Part shown: in pieces, positions 58,720-64,000 of the stretch
Position numbering within the stretch: the first letter of the stretch is position 1
How the letters are laid out: each line of letters begins with the position of its first letter
Assembly (NCBI GenBank): GCA_963745025.1
Contig: CAVUWD010000007.1
Location: forward strand, 1-64,000
From: an uncultured delta proteobacterium
GTDB taxonomy: Bacteria; Desulfobacterota; Binatia; JACPRU01
DNA length: 64,000 nt
Reading direction: 5' to 3'
The notes under the pieces: model-generated
Seen by the model: only the letters and a program-made list of their open reading frames with translations
Databases searched by the model: none
What the model was told of the DNA's origin: nothing
Translations under genes and position numbers: made by a program

Positions 58720-59349
58720 TCAGGACCTGAAGTTCCTGAGGGTCGTTTCGCCAACGAGGCTCCTCGCTAGCGAGGTGGCGCTCTTCACCGTGGTGTCGCG
58801 AACGGTCAGCGTCACCTGCGCGTAGCGGGCGTTTTGTAAATTGCTCGTGATCACCGTTCGTGTTGCGTCGAGAAACGTGACCTGGAAACCGGCCGGGTCC
58901 GGGCTGGTCGAGGTCAGGTTGGCCATCAGTGGCGTCGTCGAGGGTGCCCCGCCGCTGGTGAACGTCCCGGACGCCGTCCCGAGATCGATCGTGCGGCGAA
59001 GCACACCGCTCGCGACGTCGTAGGTGACCTGATCCACGAAGCCATCCGAATTGACATCACCCTCGAACGTGACTGAGGCGGAGGTCGTGCCGGCCGCCAA
59101 CGTGACGGAGGTGAAAGCGAAGGTAGGGCCAGTCCGCAAGTATCCCGCCACGGACAAGTCGTCGAGCGCCACGTTCAGCGCTCCGGCTAGACCGGTCTGT
59201 AAGTTCGCCGTCTTGGTCCCGTATGAGAAGCTTTGCGTTCCCGCCGCAAAGATCGTGAAAAGGGCGGCCGAGACGATTGACAGGATGACCATCACCACTA
59301 GGAGTTCGATGAGCGAAACACCCGCGTGGCGTAACAGCGTCTTCTTCAC
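58720..59349 (-). CDS. pilW: PilW-like minor pilin
   Basis: G|VSLIELLVVMVILSIV, DDLSVAGY, C-terminal TLRN. Confidence 0.8.
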   Translation of the reverse strand: MKKTLLRHAGVSLIELLVVMVILSIVSAALFTIFAAGTQSFSYGTKTANLQTGLAGALNVALDDLSVAGYLRTGPTFAFTSVTLAAGTTSASVTFEGDVNSDGFVDQVTYDVASGVLRRTIDLGTASGTFTSGGAPSTTPLMANLTSTSPDPAGFQVTFLDATRTVITSNLQNARYAQVTLTVRDTTVKSATSLARSLVGETTLRNFRS

Positions 59350-59352
59350 GGG

Positions 59353-59820
59353 TCAGTTATCCCTGGTCTTGAAGGTGGCGAGTACCAGACTCTGCGCGAT
59401 CCCGCTTTGATTCCAGGTGATTTGCACCTGAATTTTTTTCACGTTAGCGATGGGAGTATTGTCGTCGACCTTCAGCTGCCGGGTGAAGATGTTACCCGGA
59501 TTCGTCGTGACCCGGATGAGACCCGGACGGGTGCTACCACTCAGCGTGATGAAGCTACCGCTGGTCGTGTTCAAATTCGCGCTGGCGTAATTCGTCTGGC
59601 GGACCGTCTCGAGGATCTCGCGCGCCAACTGCGCACCGGCTTGACGTGTATCGGTGAGATTGTTTTTCTTCACCGCGGCCCGCTGCATCGTAATCGTAGC
59701 CAGCGAGCCGACGGTAATGAGCAGCACCGCGATGAGTAACTCGATGAGCGAGAACCCGCCTCGCGAGCGACGCGCGCATCGCTTGCCGTACGACTGAGTA
59801 CCCTGTCTTCTCAGAGCCAC
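59353..59820 (-). CDS. pilV: PilV-like minor pilin
   Basis: G|FSLIELLIAVLLITVG.LA...MQ, QLAREILE, KKIQVQITW; GTG start inferred. Confidence 0.8.
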   Translation of the reverse strand: MALRRQGTQSYGKRCARRSRGGFSLIELLIAVLLITVGSLATITMQRAAVKKNNLTDTRQAGAQLAREILETVRQTNYASANLNTTSGSFITLSGSTRPGLIRVTTNPGNIFTRQLKVDDNTPIANVKKIQVQITWNQSGIAQSLVLATFKTRDN

Positions 59821-59834
59821 CCTCTGGTCCGTCC

Positions 59835-60137
59835 TCAGATCAACGCCCGCCCCGTAATTTTGAGCAGCGTCTCGGGGCCGCCCCATCCCGGCATCGGCAG
59901 GTCGAGCGTCATGACCGAGACGGGTTCGCGTTCCAGAATCCTGAACGCGGCCTCCCCTCGGTTGGCAGTCAACACACGGAAATGGGGCTCAAGGATCAGG
60001 CGAAGGGAGTCGCGAGCGCCGCGCTCGTCATCAACTACCAGGACCGAATGGACGCGTCTCAGCCGAGCGCCAAAAGTCGGCGTTTGCCTGAAGCCGGGGG
60101 AAGCGCTCGCCGATGATGCTTTTTGCAATTTGCTCAT
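59835..60137 (-). pseudogene. Truncated response-regulator receiver domain
   Basis: VLVVDDE and TLDLPMPG present, but the ORF stops before the conserved Lys/beta5. Confidence 0.65.
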
Positions 60138-60158
60138 GCAAGGTAAGAGCTTGCATGA

Positions 60159-60173
60159 GCACCAACCATGCCA
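60159..60173 (-). promoter_or_regulatory. Possible sigma54 promoter for the pilin cassette
   Basis: TGGCAT-GGTTG-GTGC, immediately followed by the 11-bp inverted repeat GCTCATGCAAG/CTTGCATGAGC (60132-60160). Confidence 0.5.
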
Positions 60174-60514
60174 GTCGTGCTTGATCCGGATTTGCGACGA
60201 AATTTACGGATGCACGAGCCCATACGAGGGCGGCATGTGCACTTTCGTACACATTCGAGCGTCCCGCACGGTGGCGACCTCCGTCTGGATCTCACTATTC
60301 GTTTGGAGCGCATCCTCAAGATTGTCATCGCGGCGGACGTCGGCACGCGCTTCAACCGACGCCTCTTGCTCGCCCGCCGCGACCACCTCGAGAACCACAG
60401 GTGGCTGTCCCCGAAATTGTGCCCGTTCTGTACCCGAAACGGGGCTATTGAGGACAAGCTCAGCCAACAAGCGACGTCCGCGGCGTCCGTTGCGTACGCC
60501 CCGGATCCTGTCCC

Positions 60515-61629
60515 TCAGATTCCGAGCCGCGCGGCGAGCTTCCGGCGCTGCTCGACCGCGTCGCCGAAAAGAATCGCGCTCGCCTTCGCGCGCTTGAAGT
60601 AGAGATGCGCGGGGTGCTCCCACGTGAAGCCCATGCCGCCGTGGATCTGGATCGTCTCCGCGGCGGCGTGGAAGTACGCCTCCGAGCAGTACGACTTCGC
60701 CATGTGCGCGGCCGACGAGCAGTTCCTCGTCTCGATCCGCGGCGCGGAACGCCGCGTGGTACACCGCGGAGCGCGCGAACTCGACCTCGACGAGCATGTC
60801 GGCGCACTTGTGCTTGATGGCCTGGAAGGAGCCGATCGGACGGCCGAACTGGAGACGCGTCCGCGCATAGTCGGTCGCCATCTCGAGGCAGCGCTGCGCG
60901 CCGCCCGTTTGTTCGGCGGCGAGCGCCATCACCGCGAGAGCCAGTACCCGCTCGAGCCCCGCCGTCGCGTCGCCGCGCGGAGATCCGCGTCGCCGGCGTC
61001 CCGGAAAGCACGAGCCGCGCGAGCTTTCGCGTGAGGTCGAGCGTCGGCAAGAGGCGCCGGTCGAGCCGCGGCGCGCCGCCCTCGACGCGGAAGATCCCGA
61101 CCCCGTCGTCGGCGCGGCCGACGACGAGGATGACGTCTGCCGAGTGGCCGTCCAGCACGAAGTTCGCCACGCCGTCGAGCCGCCAGCCCGTGCCATCGCG
61201 CACCGCGCGCGCCGGCGGGGACTCCGGCGCGCTGCGGCCGTTGTCGTCCGTCGTCGCCACCGTGACGATCGCCCGCCCCGCGGCGATCTCGGGGAGAAGC
61301 TCTGCCTGGGCCGCGTCGTCCGCGATCGTCGTGAGCACGCCGACGGCGAGGACCGCGGTCGAAAGATAGGGCCCGCAAAAGAGCACGCGCCCCATCTCTT
61401 CCATCACGATCGCGAGCTCCACGGGTCCGAGCCCCGCTCCGCCGTATCGCTCGGGTGTGGCGAGCCCCGGGAGCGCCATCTCGGACGCCAGACGGTCCCA
61501 GACGCGCGCCTCGAAGCCGCGCTCGGTCTCCATGGCCGCGCGCATGGCGGATTCGCTCGATTCCTTCTCGAGAAATCGGCGGACGGCCTGCCGCAGCTCC
61601 TCGTGCTCTTCCGTGAACGCGAAGTCCAT
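60515..61629 (-). CDS. Acyl-CoA dehydrogenase (partner subunit of a heteromeric ACAD pair), with two apparent frameshifts at ~60980 and ~60715
   Basis: MDFAFTEEHEELR, LDLTRKLA, R.QFGRPIGSFQAIKHKCADM and IQIHGGMGFTWEH..HLYFKRA are spread over three frames. Confidence 0.85.
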
Positions 61630-62858
61630 CACGAGCTCCTCGGCACGTCGCGCCACGGCACGTCTTTGTCCGCGCGGGGCTCGCCGGGAAGACCGAGCAC
61701 ACGCTCGCCGAGAATGTTGCGCAGGACCTCGGACGTCCCGCCCTCGATCGAGTTCGCGCGCGAGCGCAGGAACTGGTACTTGGCGATCGCGAGCTTCGTC
61801 CCGTGGCTCTCGCCCGACGGGCGGCGCCGCTCGTAACCCGCCTCGTAGACGAGCGCGTCGGCGCCGATCACGTCCATGCCGCACTCCCAGATCCGCTTGT
61901 TGAGCTCGGCCAGCGCGAGCTTGCCGACCGAGCCCTCCGGCCCGGGATTCCCGGCCTTTTGCGCGGCGCGCGCCCGCTGGATCGTCATCCGCAGCAGCTC
62001 CGAGTCGATCCACAGGCGCGTGATCCGGTCGCGGAGGATGGTTTCGGCCTCGGCGGAGAGCCGCTTCGGATCGCGCGCCTTCCAGAGGTCGAGCAGGATG
62101 CCCATCGAGCCACCGCCCCGCCGGGACACGCCGCCGCCGCCGATCGCGCTTCGCTCGTTCATGAGCGTGGTGATCGCCACCTTCCAGCCCTCGCCTTCCG
62201 CTCCGATCATCCGGTCGGCGGGGATCCGCACGTCCGCGAGGAAGACCTCGTTGAATTCCGCCTCGCCGGTGATCTGGTGAAGCGGCCTGACCTCGACGCC
62301 CGGGCTCTGCATGTCGAGCAGGAAGTACGACATGCCTTGGTGCTTCGGTACGTCGGGATTCGACCGCACGAGCAGCATCCCCCACTTCGAGATGTGCGCG
62401 AGGCTCGTCCAGACCTTCTGTCCGTTGACGACCCACGAGTCGCCGTCACGGACGGCGCGCATCGCGAGCCCCGCCACGTCGGAGCCCGCCCCCGGCTCAC
62501 TGAAGAGCTGACACCAGATGTCCTCGCCGCTGAAGATCCGGCGCAGCAGGTTCTTCTTCATCCACTCGGTGCCGTGCGTGAGGACCGTCGGCGCTCCCAT
62601 GCCGATGCCGATCGGATTGATCAGCATGTCGTCGTAGAGGGTCTTCGCGTGCCGGCGGAGCTCGTCCGCGACGACGGCCTGGAGCTTCGGGGAGACACCG
62701 AGGCCGCCGAGGTGCTCGGGGAAGTGGACCCAAGCGAGGCCGTGATCGAACTGCTTCCCTCGGAACGTGAACTGGTCCGTGCGATCCGGATGCGCCTCCT
62801 CGACGAGCGCGCGGACGCGCGTGCGGATCTCCTCTTCGCTCATTTCTCGATATGCCAT
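61629..62858 (-). CDS. Acyl-CoA dehydrogenase (FadE-type, catalytic subunit of a heteromeric pair)
   Basis: WCQLFSEPGAGSD, VNGQKVWTS.AH, EFNEVFL, SIEGGTSEVLRNILGERVLGLP. Confidence 0.93.
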   Translation of the reverse strand: MAYREMSEEEIRTRVRALVEEAHPDRTDQFTFRGKQFDHGLAWVHFPEHLGGLGVSPKLQAVVADELRRHAKTLYDDMLINPIGIGMGAPTVLTHGTEWMKKNLLRRIFSGEDIWCQLFSEPGAGSDVAGLAMRAVRDGDSWVVNGQKVWTSLAHISKWGMLLVRSNPDVPKHQGMSYFLLDMQSPGVEVRPLHQITGEAEFNEVFLADVRIPADRMIGAEGEGWKVAITTLMNERSAIGGGGVSRRGGGSMGILLDLWKARDPKRLSAEAETILRDRITRLWIDSELLRMTIQRARAAQKAGNPGPEGSVGKLALAELNKRIWECGMDVIGADALVYEAGYERRRPSGESHGTKLAIAKYQFLRSRANSIEGGTSEVLRNILGERVLGLPGEPRADKDVPWRDVPRSS

Positions 62859-62992
62859 GGGGAATGACCTACCATCCGCGCTTCGCGGAGAGAAGTGACC
62901 GAACGGGCGTCTCGTAAGCGCAGAGCGAAAATGACGGGGCCAGATCCGCTGCGGACCCGGCCCCGGGCTTCGAACGAGATGCGTGGGCGCGA

Positions 62993-64000
62993 CTACGCGG
63001 CAACGCCCATCACCGCCTTCGTCTCCAAGAACTCCTCGAACCCCTCTGCGCCCCACTCGCGGCCGTTGCCCGACTGCTTGTAGCCGCCGAACGGCGCCGC
63101 GAAATCGGGGCCCGCGCCGTTCAGGTGGACGTTTCCGGTGCGAAGCCGCGCGGCGACCCTCTCCGCGTGCTTCACGTCTCCCGACTGCACGTATCCGGAG
63201 AGCCCGTAAGGGGTGTCGTTCGCGAGCGCGATCGCCTCCTCCTCGGTCTGGTAGGGAAGGATGCAGAGCACCGGCCCGAAGATCTCCTCGCGGGCGATCG
63301 TCATCTTGTTGCGGACGTTCCCGAAGACCGTCGGCTTCACGTAGTAGCCCTTGTCGAGCCCGGAGGGCTTGCCGAGCCCGCCCGTCACCAGCTCGGCGCC
63401 TTCGTCGATGCCCTTCTTGATGAGCCCCTGGATCTTGTCGAACTGCATCTTGCTGGCAACCGGCCCGAGGACCTGCGCGTCGCTCGACGGATCGCCGACG
63501 ACCACCTTCTCGGCCGCCGCCTTGGCGAGCCGGAGCGCCTCGGCGTGCTTCGCCGCAGGGACGAACATCCGGGTCGGCGCGTTGCAGGACTGGCCGCTGT
63601 TCATGAAGCAGGACTGCACGCCGCCGGCGACGGCCTTGGCGAGATCGGCGTCCTCGAGGATGATGTTCGCCGACTTGCCGCCGAGCTCCTGCGTGACGCG
63701 CTTCACGGTGTCGGCCGCGTTCTTCGCCACCTGGATGCCGGCGCGGGTCGAGCCCGTGAACGACACCATGTCGACGTCGGGGTGCGAGGCGATCGCGGCG
63801 CCGACCGTCGGGCCATCCCCGTTCACCAGATTGAAGACGCCCGGCGGCACGCCCGCCTTGTCGAAGACCTCGGTCAGGATGATCGCATTCAGCGGCGTCA
63901 CCTCGCTCGGCTTCAGGACCATCGTGCACCCGGCCGCGAGCGCCGGCATGACCTTGCACATGACCTGGTTGATCGGCCAGTTCCACGGCGTGATGAAGCC
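62993..64000 (-). CDS. Aldehyde dehydrogenase (5' end outside the window)
   Basis: ITPWNWP, KPSE, FTGS, QELGGKS, NSGQSC, EEIFGP. Confidence 0.93.
   Translation of the reverse strand, partial: GFITPWNWPINQVMCKVMPALAAGCTMVLKPSEVTPLNAIILTEVFDKAGVPPGVFNLVNGDGPTVGAAIASHPDVDMVSFTGSTRAGIQVAKNAADTVKRVTQELGGKSANIILEDADLAKAVAGGVQSCFMNSGQSCNAPTRMFVPAAKHAEALRLAKAAAEKVVVGDPSSDAQVLGPVASKMQFDKIQGLIKKGIDEGAELVTGGLGKPSGLDKGYYVKPTVFGNVRNKMTIAREEIFGPVLCILPYQTEEEAIALANDTPYGLSGYVQSGDVKHAERVAARLRTGNVHLNGAGPDFAAPFGGYKQSGNGREWGAEGFEEFLETKAVMGVAA

Noticed and set aside
62859-63986. Apparent 785-aa ACAD fusion
   Set aside because: The upstream part is an off-frame read of the aldehyde dehydrogenase; the ACAD begins at ATG 62858.

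Overview
High-GC bacterial chromosomal window. The gene content (many acyl-CoA dehydrogenases, CaiB/BaiF CoA-transferases, MaoC hydratases, LLM oxidoreductase, thiolase plus OB-fold partner, delta-type minor pilins) suggests a Binatia/Deltaproteobacteria-like organism; this is inference only. Housekeeping genes are serS, yraN, the MoxR-DUF58-transglutaminase trio, gatCAB, comEA and lon. There are two catabolic operons: an acyl-CoA/CitE-lyase operon at 25.0-32.9 kb and an aromatic hydroxylation/meta-cleavage operon at 49.1-55.4 kb. An AT-richer type IV minor-pilin cassette lies at 55.8-60.2 kb. Several genes (gatB, an SDR, the hpaB-like gene, an ACAD) carry single-base frameshifts that look like long-read consensus errors. 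The most striking unexplained element is a ~470-nt, hairpin-rich minus-strand unit downstream of serS (about 3365-3835), bounded by its own promoter-like and terminator-like signals. It carries a 17-nt perfect complement of the 16S rRNA 3' end (AAGGAGGTGATCCAGCC) directly before a 14-codon ORF, making it a candidate ribosome-binding ncRNA or small-peptide system. Also noted: sigma54-type promoters at comEA and the pilin cassette, two dispersed repeat families (one copy sits in-frame inside a gene), and several gene remnants. No rRNA, tRNA, CRISPR array or transposase was recognised.
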